Shown piece after piece: positions 14,459 to 21,368 of a DNA stretch of 37,086 bases. The stretch comes from Phycisphaerae bacterium (GTDB lineage Bacteria > Planctomycetota > Phycisphaerae > UBA1845). The position numbers and the translations under genes were made by a program. The stretch covers positions 1-37,086 of the forward strand of contig JBARRC010000083.1 of the NCBI GenBank assembly GCA_049644045.1, written 5' to 3'. The notes under the pieces are model-generated. The model saw only the letters and a program-made list of their open reading frames with translations. It was not told the DNA's origin and ran no database searches. The stretch's first letter is position 1, and every line of letters begins with the position of its first letter.

Positions 14459-15397
14459 ATGCAACGGCATTCCCTTGGTGAGAGCGGATTGGAAGTATCC
14501 AGGATTGCGCTGGGCACGTGGGCGATGGGCGGGGACATCGGAATCTGGGGACATGTCGATGACCGCGAAGCTATCGCATGCATCCACCAGGCACTCGACT
14601 GCGGCATCAACCTGATCGACACGGCCCCAATCTATGGCCTCGGGCATAGTGAGGAGATTGTCGGCAAAGCCATCCAAGGTCGACGAAGCGACGTGATTCT
14701 GGCCACCAAGTGTGGGTTACTCTTTCCAAAGAGGAAAGAGGAGCTGCCGCCGCGATGTTTGGCCCGCGAGAGCATTCTTCGCGAGTGCGAGGGCAGCCTG
14801 CGGCGTCTTCGCACCGACGTCATCGATCTCTATCAGTGCCACTGGTCTGATCCCGAGACTCCGATCCGGGAAACAATGGAGGCGCTGACCAGCTTGCTAA
14901 AGCAGGGTAAGATCCGTGCCATCGGCGTGTCAAACTTCAGTTGCGAACAGATCACGGCCGCCCGGGAATTCGGCCCCATCCACTCGTTGCAACCGCCGTT
15001 TTCGATGCTCCACCTGCGAGCCGCTGAGGATCTACTCCCCTATTGCATCGAGCATCGCATCGGTGTGATTTCCTACGGCCCGCTCGCCAAGGGGCTGCTC
15101 ACCGGCAAGTTCGACGCGGACAGCAAGTTCGCGGACATCCGCGCGGGCGACCCCGAGTTTCTCGGGGATCGGTATCGGCGTAACCTCCGCGTCGTTGACG
15201 AACTCAAGAAGATGGCGAGCGGTTATGACAGAACTGTGGCACAGCTTGTGATCAACTGGACGATGACCTGTCCGGGTATAACGGCGCCGATTATCGGCGC
15301 AAAACGCCCCTCCCAGGTTTTGGAGAACGTCGGCGGAGTCGGCTGGAGCATCACGGAGGAAGATCGAGCTCGAATCGACGCGCTCTTGAGGACATAG
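14459..15397 (+). CDS. aldo/keto reductase family oxidoreductase
   Basis: ATG at 14459 with AGGAGG 8 nt upstream, in frame with track ORF 14384..15397. The pattern SRIALGTWAMGG ... GINLIDTAPIYGLGHSEEIVGKAI ... ATKCG ... IRAIGVSNF is typical of AKRs. Confidence 0.85.
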   Translation: MQRHSLGESGLEVSRIALGTWAMGGDIGIWGHVDDREAIACIHQALDCGINLIDTAPIYGLGHSEEIVGKAIQGRRSDVILATKCGLLFPKRKEELPPRCLARESILRECEGSLRRLRTDVIDLYQCHWSDPETPIRETMEALTSLLKQGKIRAIGVSNFSCEQITAAREFGPIHSLQPPFSMLHLRAAEDLLPYCIEHRIGVISYGPLAKGLLTGKFDADSKFADIRAGDPEFLGDRYRRNLRVVDELKKMASGYDRTVAQLVINWTMTCPGITAPIIGAKRPSQVLENVGGVGWSITEEDRARIDALLRT

Positions 15398-15401
15398 GAC
15401 G

Positions 15402-17252
15402 TTGAAACCGTACGTCACGCCTACCGAGCGACCTTTGCGACACGCGGCGCGAACCGCGCGGCGAGCGAATCGCAGCGCGGCCCCCGGCAACACCTCGGCC
15501 CTTACGGCACTATCGGCGGCCGGCGATCACTACGCCCGGGTCGCGGCTGAGCAGCGCCCGCCGCGGCGTCGGTTGAGCTTCCTGCTGGCTGCGATCGCGG
15601 CGATCGTCATGGGGATCGCGCTGACGCTTGCGGGTAGGTTCGAGTACCGTTGCACGGCGACCTTGCGCATTGCGGGTGACGGATCGGCGGCGCAGTGTGC
15701 GGCTTATCGCAAGGAGTTGCTGGATTACTTGTGGGACCGCGTGCCCACCTTGACCGAGGCCGGTGTCGCCCCGCGCCGCTGGCTGGTCGATTCCCCCGAT
15801 AAAGGCCTGTTGCGCATCTCTTTGACCACGTCCGATCGCAAGGCCGGTGTCGATAGTGCACGCAGTATCGCGGAAGGCTACCGCGCGAAAATGCAGGCGA
15901 TGTCTGCCAAAACCCGCGCGACGCCCACCCAAACCGAGGCCATTCTCTCCGAGTATCTCGCCGAGTTGCAGACGCGGTTCAACGAGGCGCACGCCCAGGT
16001 CGACGCCGCGATCGCGGCACTACCGGACACCGATCCTTCCGAGCATCGCGAGTGGTTGATTAACCGCTGGCAAGCCCTCCGGTCGAACTTCGCCACCGCA
16101 CACGAGCAACTGGCCGAGGTCTCAGCGGGTCTCACCCGGCTGCGATCGGAGCACGGACCAACGCACGGGCTTGTCACCAGCGAGCAGCGGCATATGACAC
16201 TTCACACCGACCGCGCCTTACAACAGGACTTGCGCGAGCTCGCCGTCAATCTTACCGAACTCAAGCTGCATATGCTTGAGGTCTGGCAGGAATCATCCGG
16301 GCCGTTTGAACAACTCATCCTCACCGCCGACGACCTGATCGAAATCGCCTCTCGTCATAATGAGCGCGGGACGCCGCAAGAAGAACCGCGGAATGCCAAA
16401 AAGTTGTCGCGCACTGCGCTAGAATACAAGGACGCACTCGAGGAATTCAACGAGACGTGGGACCGTGAATTCATGCTGCTTAAGCGACTCGAGGTCGATC
16501 CGATGAGCGGGGAAGTGCTGGATATTTATCAGCGTCTTCGGCGAAACCTCAATGACTTTTTGTTCGACATGGCCAGACGCCTCTCGACCATGCGGTCACA
16601 GGTCCACGCCGTCGGCGCGGACCCGCGTGACACCGCGCGGCATCACGTTTTCCAATCCAACCTGATGCGCGCTTTCCAGACCGTGCAGGCGGCCCACCAC
16701 CGGTTCGAGTTCGCCGCGGGTGCGATCGAGACGCCCGACAACTTCCGGCTTGACGCCGCGATCAAAAGCGCCCGGGGACTGCGACGCCGGTCGCAGGATC
16801 GCATCCGGACGATCGAGGAACAACTTCAGGCAAAAGCCACGGAGCATGCCAAAAAGCGCCGCGTAGAGAAGCTGATCGAGGCGGAGCGGTTCATCGATCA
16901 GGCGCGCACGGCCACCAACAAGACCGTCGACGAACTACTCGCCCTGCAGGAGGAGCTGAACCTCGGCGCGGAAGCCTCCGAGGCGTTCCTTCGCACCGTC
17001 CTGCGAGCGGAGGTCGCCACCAGCCGATTGGAGTTTGCCCGAACCGACGCGACTCAAATTGAGGATCGACTCCGTGATCTTGCCGCCAAACGATTGTCAG
17101 CGGCGGATGCGGCGAGTATCGAGCTTGTTTCCTGCGACGTTACCGGCCGGCCCATCAACCTTTCCGAGCGCCTGCGCATCGGCGGCATTGGCGCAGCCCT
17201 GACCTTGCTCACCATCCTCCTCGGCCAATGGTGGATCACCCGGCGAGTGTAG
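15402..17252 (+). CDS. membrane protein with Wzz/GumC (polysaccharide co-polymerase)-like topology: TM, about 500-aa coiled-coil region, TM
   Basis: 616-aa ORF starting at a TTG 4 nt after the AKR stop. N-terminal TM LSFLLAAIAAIVMGIALTLAG, then a Wzz-like block (LLRISLTTSDRKAGVDSARSIAEGY), long Q/E/R/L-rich helices and a C-terminal TM IGGIGAALTLLTILLGQWWI. The function is a topology-based guess and the start codon is uncertain. Confidence 0.45.
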   Translation: MKPYVTPTERPLRHAARTARRANRSAAPGNTSALTALSAAGDHYARVAAEQRPPRRRLSFLLAAIAAIVMGIALTLAGRFEYRCTATLRIAGDGSAAQCAAYRKELLDYLWDRVPTLTEAGVAPRRWLVDSPDKGLLRISLTTSDRKAGVDSARSIAEGYRAKMQAMSAKTRATPTQTEAILSEYLAELQTRFNEAHAQVDAAIAALPDTDPSEHREWLINRWQALRSNFATAHEQLAEVSAGLTRLRSEHGPTHGLVTSEQRHMTLHTDRALQQDLRELAVNLTELKLHMLEVWQESSGPFEQLILTADDLIEIASRHNERGTPQEEPRNAKKLSRTALEYKDALEEFNETWDREFMLLKRLEVDPMSGEVLDIYQRLRRNLNDFLFDMARRLSTMRSQVHAVGADPRDTARHHVFQSNLMRAFQTVQAAHHRFEFAAGAIETPDNFRLDAAIKSARGLRRRSQDRIRTIEEQLQAKATEHAKKRRVEKLIEAERFIDQARTATNKTVDELLALQEELNLGAEASEAFLRTVLRAEVATSRLEFARTDATQIEDRLRDLAAKRLSAADAASIELVSCDVTGRPINLSERLRIGGIGAALTLLTILLGQWWITRRV

Positions 17253-17270
17253 GAACCCATTGCAAGCGCA

Positions 17271-17323
17271 TGTGGGACAGGCTTTCCAGCCTGTCGAGTG
17301 TGGGACAGGTTTTCCAGCCTGTC
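17271..17323. repeat. two tandem copies of hairpin repeat family A (TGTGGGACAGGCTTTCCAGCCTGTC)
   Basis: 17271-17295 and 17299-17323 have a 28-bp period and one mismatch. Each contains the perfect palindrome GACAGGCT/AGCCTGTC. They begin 18 nt after the stop of the preceding gene. Confidence 0.9.
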
Positions 17324-17347
17324 GAGCAGCGTTCTCGAGCCGGCAAT

Positions 17348-17559
17348 GACCGACTAGTGCTCTGTGACACGTCAAATGATGGATGAAACGTTGTGGGTGG
17401 CATGGCCAAGCGCAGCGCCGCCATGAGTCGGACATGCTTGGTGGCAGCGTTCAACATGCCGGCGCCCGTCTTCGACAGGCTTGGGCATGCCACCCTTCAG
17501 TTGAGGTGTAACAGAGCACTGGAAAGTCGGTCCCACAAACCAGAAAACCGGTCCCGCAC
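17348..17559. repeat. two reverse-oriented family-A copies, the first interrupted by a 165-bp insert
   Basis: gaccgact (17348-17355) plus ggaaagtcggtcccaca (17521-17537) reconstitute the intact copy found at 33164-33188. A degenerate copy (ccagaaaaccggtcccgca) follows at about 17541-17559. Confidence 0.85.
17356..17520. mobile_element. 165-bp palindromic, MITE/PATE-like non-autonomous element (alternatively a rod-shaped structured RNA)
   Basis: The termini AGTGCTCTGTGACAC and GTGTAACAGAGCACT are 14/15 inverted. Internal arms 17395-17411/17479-17495 (16/17) and 17415-17425/17455-17465 (10/11) also pair. No credible ORF. Removing it restores a family-A hairpin exactly. Confidence 0.6.
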
Positions 17560-17570
17560 CCATCCGAGGC

Positions 17571-17702
17571 GAGCCGCAGGCTTTAGCCTGCGCGGACCTA
17601 TCTGAGCCGCAGGTTTCAGCCTGCGCGGACCTATCTAAGTCGCAGGTTTCTGCCTGCGCAGACCTATCTGAGCCGCAGGTTTCAGCCTGCGCGGGACTTC
17701 GC
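17571..17702. repeat. 33-bp tandem repeat x4 (family B), each unit a hairpin
   Basis: The units are 17571-17603, 17604-17636, 17637-17669 and 17670-17702. Consensus is GAGCCGCAGGTTTCAGCCTGCGCGGACCTATCT, and each holds the palindrome CGCAGGCT..AGCCTGCG. There are no unique spacers. Confidence 0.92.
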
Positions 17703-17729
17703 ACTCTGAAGCAACTTCGTCACCCACGG

Positions 17730-17757
17730 CACCGCGCGGGCTAAAGCCCGCGGCTCG
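17730..17757. repeat. hairpin repeat family B' (CACCGCGCGGGCTAAAGCCCGCGGCTCG), copy 1
   Basis: Palindrome CGCGGGCT/AGCCCGCG at 17735-17752. It is 27/28 identical to 19472-19499. Confidence 0.85.
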
Positions 17758-17859
17758 GCTTACGGCTCGGCGGCCTGTGAAAACCGACAAATCGGCGGGT
17801 TCTGCCCTGTTTTAGGCGGTTTTTGAACGCAAATTAGCATATTTATAGGGAAAAAATGC

Positions 17860-17888
17860 TTGATTCTCAGTGCCGACAACCGTAGATT
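17860..17888 (+). promoter_or_regulatory. sigma70-like promoter candidate for the HU-like gene
   Basis: TTGATT (17860-17865), a 17-nt spacer, then TAGATT (17883-17888). An A/T-rich tract (aaattagcatatttatagggaaaaaa) lies just upstream, and the site is about 50 nt upstream of the ATG. Confidence 0.45.
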
Positions 17889-17937
17889 CTTCCGCGGATC
17901 GGCCATGGATTGGTGTGTTTACTGAAAGGAAGTCTTT

Positions 17938-18270
17938 ATGGCAAAGAAGATGGCTGCCAAAGCAGCCGCAAAGGCACGAACGAAGACGGAGGTTTTCGGC
18001 GGGTTGGCTGATTACGTCGACATGTCGAAAAAGGATGTGGCCTGCGTCTTCGATGGTCTAGCCGAGATGATCAAAAAGGATCTCGGCAAGCGGGGACCGG
18101 GCGTCTTTACCGTTCCGGGGCTCATGAAGATCAAGGTGGTGCGCAAACCGGCGACGAAGGCGCGCAAGGGTACCAACCCGTTCACCGGTGAGGAGATGAT
18201 GTTCAAGGCCAAACCCGCCCGCAACGTCGTCAAGGTGCTGCCGTTGAAGGGTCTTAAGGGCATGGTCTGA
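17938..18270 (+). CDS. HU/IHF-family DNA-binding protein with a Lys/Ala-rich N-terminal tail
   Basis: 110-aa ORF with AAGGAAG before the ATG. The body ...KKDVACVFDGLAEMIKKDLGKRGPGVFTVPGLMKIKVVRKPATKARKGTNPFTGEEMMFKAKPARNVVKVLPLKGLK matches the HU fold pattern, including the RNPxTGE arm. Confidence 0.85.
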   Translation: MAKKMAAKAAAKARTKTEVFGGLADYVDMSKKDVACVFDGLAEMIKKDLGKRGPGVFTVPGLMKIKVVRKPATKARKGTNPFTGEEMMFKAKPARNVVKVLPLKGLKGMV

Positions 18271-18340
18271 CACCGGCCGAATAGCCGATGTCACATGCTT
18301 GGCCTGCTCGCCACGGCCTGGCCGCAAATGATCTGAAGAC

Positions 18341-18382
18341 AACGGGCGGCGGCAAGACCTCCTGGTTTCGCCGTCGCCCGTT
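18341..18382. terminator. stem-loop between the convergent HU-like and HEAT-repeat genes
   Basis: aacgggcggcggc pairs with gccgtcgcccgtt (13 bp, one mismatch) around a 16-nt loop. There is no clear U-tract, so the terminator role is tentative. Confidence 0.3.
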
Positions 18383-18459
18383 GCGTCTGTCCGCCGGCTC
18401 CATTCCGCGACACCGTGACGGTACGTGTTTAGCGAGGGTGTACCCGTGACGTCGCGGTG

Positions 18460-19383
18460 TCACGGCGTTGAAGTAATGTTTTCGTTTGCCTTGCTGCGCC
18501 ACCAGTCGCGCCAGGTCTTCGCAACAGTGATCCGGTCGGCTACCGCCGCTTCTGTGAAGTCAAACGAGTGACCGGTGATGGTCCGCAGCGCTCGTCGTGC
18601 GCTTCTCCAGACGACGTGGCGGTCCTCAACATGGAGGGAAACCGCTTCCGGCCGATCCGACGAACGGGCAAGATCCGCCCTGACGGCTTCAAACGCGCGC
18701 ACCGCCGTCATGCCACGCTCTGTCACTCCTTCGAAAGCCGCGTCATCGTTCAGCGCGTCGATCAACGGTTCGATTGCTCCCCGCGCCCGTAGCGTTTCGA
18801 GACCCTCGATGGCCTCGACGCGCACGCCGGGGTGTGGGCTGGATCGCAACAGATCGATGAGCGCCCGCTTAGCCGGTTCGGAACCAACGTCAGCGAGGGC
18901 GGCGGTTGCGATCATCGCCCGCCGCTCGTCGCTCGCCGCCACGATCGACGCCAGATCACTGACACTCCGCTTCTCCCGGCGCATCGCCAGGCCCTGGACC
19001 GCGAGTCGACACACGTCGAGGTCTACGTCACGGGAGGCTTGCATCAATCGCTGAAAGGTCCGATCGCCGGGCGCGTGGTGAAGCACAGCGACCGCAAAGG
19101 ATCGAAGCCCTGCGTCATCGCTTGCCAACAGCGTGGAAACGGCCGGCACGGCTGTATCGCCCAGGCTTGCAAGCCGGTAAAAATACCCCAGACGTGCGTT
19201 CGGTGACTCCGCTGCGGCAAGCTGGTGGGCCCACCAGTGAGCGCGAATCACGTTTCGCGACAGAATGGCCGTCAGCCACAATAGGATCATGCCGCCGATG
19301 ATCCATCGGCTAAGCTTACCCGCCCGCGCGCTGGTCGAGGCTGTGGATCCAACTCGTGCTCGGGGCTGTTTGGGGTTATCCAT
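18460..19383 (-). CDS. HEAT-repeat protein with an N-terminal membrane anchor
   Basis: 307-aa ORF with ATG at 19383. TM WIIGGMILLWLTAILS, then repeated HEAT-like units (AVPAVSTLLASDDAGLRSFAVAVL; AKRALIDLLRSSPHPGVRVEAIEGL; AIEPLIDALNDD). Confidence 0.7.
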   Translation of the reverse strand: MDNPKQPRARVGSTASTSARAGKLSRWIIGGMILLWLTAILSRNVIRAHWWAHQLAAAESPNARLGYFYRLASLGDTAVPAVSTLLASDDAGLRSFAVAVLHHAPGDRTFQRLMQASRDVDLDVCRLAVQGLAMRREKRSVSDLASIVAASDERRAMIATAALADVGSEPAKRALIDLLRSSPHPGVRVEAIEGLETLRARGAIEPLIDALNDDAAFEGVTERGMTAVRAFEAVRADLARSSDRPEAVSLHVEDRHVVWRSARRALRTITGHSFDFTEAAVADRITVAKTWRDWWRSKANENITSTP

Positions 19384-19471
19384 GGTTGTGACCGACGTCC
19401 ATCATGGTTGCCAACCCGCGGCGTGCCGTGCTATATGCCTGTGCGTGTGTGCGAGAACCGGCTGGTTGATT

Positions 19472-19499
19472 CACCGCGCGGGCTGAAGCCCGCGGCTCG
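19472..19499. repeat. hairpin repeat family B', copy 2 (possible terminator after the gmhB-like gene)
   Basis: CACCGCGCGGGCTGAAGCCCGCGGCTCG. It lies 29 nt downstream of the gmhB-like stop on the minus strand. Confidence 0.8.
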
Positions 19500-19527
19500 A
19501 CTGCGTTGCAAGATCGCGCACGGACCT

Positions 19528-20385
19528 CTAGCGAAAGCGGTCGATGGCGAAAGCGCTGATCGAAGCGAGCTGGAGGAAGCAGGCGAGCGCAAACCGTGCA
19601 GTGGCCGGCGCCGCCCGCTCGTCAAGAAGGCCGAGCACCCCCCACAACGCGGCCACCACCGCAAACATCTGAAGCAGCGCACCAAACAATCGCAGTAACG
19701 AGAAATCCTGCTGACGTTGCTGGCGCTGCGTACGATCAAGCAGGCCATGAATCCTGCCCAGAATGCTTACCACTTCGTCATCGCGCGTGGAGGCGGTCGC
19801 AGCCGGTTTTTCCTCGCGATCTTGTTTCACGTCACGCTCCAGAATCGCAGCCACCTCGAGAAGGCTCCCCACCGTGTGCGTAGCCGTCACAGCCGCGTCA
19901 TCACCGGCTGACCCGTCCCGTCCAATCAAGATCGTTCGACACCCCGCACGAGACCCCGCTTCGACGTCGCAGGGCGAATCACCGATCATCCAAGACCGCG
20001 ACAGGTCGATGTTCAGCTCACGGGCCGCTTGCAGCAGCATGCCCGGTTTCGGTTTGCGCAGCTCACTGTCACTCCGATACGCGTCGACCTTGGCCTCCGG
20101 ACCGTCAAGATACGGACAGTAATAGGCACCATCCAGCCGCGCGCCCTCAGCCTGAAGGAACGCTTCAAGTCGTGAATGTACCTGTGATAGAGCCGCTTCA
20201 TCAAAGAACCCGCGGGCAACGCCCGACTGGTTGGACACAATGACGACCAGATGCCCCGCCTGCGAAAAACGACGGATGGCGTCGGCGGCGCCGTGGATCA
20301 ATCGCACCTCGTCGGGATCACCGATATACCCGAGGTCCTCGATGATGGTGCCGTCGCGGTCGAGGAATACAGCCGTCGTCTTCAT
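19528..20385 (-). CDS. gmhB: HAD-IIIA phosphatase related to D-glycero-D-manno-heptose-1,7-bisphosphate phosphatase, with a C-terminal hydrophobic extension
   Basis: Has FLDRDGTI (DxDxT), SNQSG, RKPKPGM and GDSPCDVEAG motifs. About 95 extra C-terminal residues carry two hydrophobic helices (LLRLFGALLQMFAVVAALWGVLGLL; FALACFLQLASISAFAI). The ATG overlaps the upstream stop (ATGA). The symbol is tentative. Confidence 0.7.
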   Translation of the reverse strand: MKTTAVFLDRDGTIIEDLGYIGDPDEVRLIHGAADAIRRFSQAGHLVVIVSNQSGVARGFFDEAALSQVHSRLEAFLQAEGARLDGAYYCPYLDGPEAKVDAYRSDSELRKPKPGMLLQAARELNIDLSRSWMIGDSPCDVEAGSRAGCRTILIGRDGSAGDDAAVTATHTVGSLLEVAAILERDVKQDREEKPAATASTRDDEVVSILGRIHGLLDRTQRQQRQQDFSLLRLFGALLQMFAVVAALWGVLGLLDERAAPATARFALACFLQLASISAFAIDRFR

Positions 20386-21362
20386 CGTTTCGTCGTGGCT
20401 GCAAGCTCTTCGATCACAGCCTGCCTTAGGAGCGGCAGCAGAATCTCATGATGGCCGATCACCTCGTGCCCGCGACCCGGCATGACGGGGCGCGTCACGA
20501 CGTTCTGGTGCGGCCGGTAGTGACGAATCATATCGAAGTTCGCCGTCGTCATGGCATCAAGGTCAGCCCCCAGATTGCGGGCGACCGAAACAGCCTTCAA
20601 AAAGACCTCCGGCAGGACGACGGCTGAGCCGATGTTGAGCCACACACCACCAACCCGCGGCTCGCCTGCAGCTCCGAGGTCGGAAACGACATCACAAATC
20701 AGCCGAAAATCATGCATCGATGCCGCCCCCAGCGCCGACGGATCCGATTGACCGGAGACATGGACCGTGTCCGTTCCCAGCGCCACATGCACGCATGCGG
20801 GAATCGCCGCTTCGCGCGCCGCGACGAAAACGCTGGCATCTCGAAAGGGTGCCTCCTGATCGATGAGGCATTGACCGACGGCCGCACCGAGACCGATCGA
20901 TTCGCGCCTGGCGTAGGCGGCGGCCTCGTCGAAAAACGCCATCGTCTCCGCGACCATCCCGAACGTCCCGTTGCGGATCGTTTCCGCCACCTCTTCACTG
21001 GTCTCGCCAAGCGTCGCCAGCTCCACGTCGTGGATCGCGCAGGCCCCGTGGCAGGCAATGGCTTTGATCACACCACGGCGGATCAAATCAATGAGAACGG
21101 GTCCGCAGCCGACCTTGATGACGTGGGCACCGAAGGCGGCGACGACAGGTCGATCATGCCGGACCGCCTCTACGATCGCGGAAACGACCCGACGGAAAGA
21201 AGCGGCCCCCAGGTAGTGGGGCCAGGAAGCAAGTAACTCTACAGCCGATGCGCCGGGCGCTGGGAGTGATACCACGGTCTTGACGCTTGCTTTGTGCCGG
21301 CGGAGCTCAGCGCTATATGTGCTGATCCGGCTCAGGTCGATCGGTTTATAGGGTCGCGTCAT
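20382..21362 (-). CDS. deoxyhypusine synthase (DHS)-like family protein
   Basis: 326-aa ORF. By-eye similarity to DHS blocks: AAFGAHVIKVGCGPVLIDLIRRGVIKAIACHGACAIHDV versus eukaryotic [38 protein letters not shown], plus IPACVHVALGTD and NIGSAVVLPEVF. It is tightly packed between lpxK and the gmhB-like gene. Confidence 0.5.
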   Translation of the reverse strand: MTRPYKPIDLSRISTYSAELRRHKASVKTVVSLPAPGASAVELLASWPHYLGAASFRRVVSAIVEAVRHDRPVVAAFGAHVIKVGCGPVLIDLIRRGVIKAIACHGACAIHDVELATLGETSEEVAETIRNGTFGMVAETMAFFDEAAAYARRESIGLGAAVGQCLIDQEAPFRDASVFVAAREAAIPACVHVALGTDTVHVSGQSDPSALGAASMHDFRLICDVVSDLGAAGEPRVGGVWLNIGSAVVLPEVFLKAVSVARNLGADLDAMTTANFDMIRHYRPHQNVVTRPVMPGRGHEVIGHHEILLPLLRQAVIEELAATTKR

Positions 21363-21368
21363 ACGGTT

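Noticed and set aside
17571-17702. 33-bp tandem repeats as a possible CRISPR array
   Set aside because: The units are directly abutting with no unique spacers, there are only four of them, and no cas genes lie in the window. This is a tandem hairpin repeat.
17372-17704. Minus-strand ORF encoding a repeated DRSAQAETCGS peptide
   Set aside because: The periodicity comes from the 33-bp DNA hairpin array. There is no SD, and the ORF continues into other non-coding repeats.
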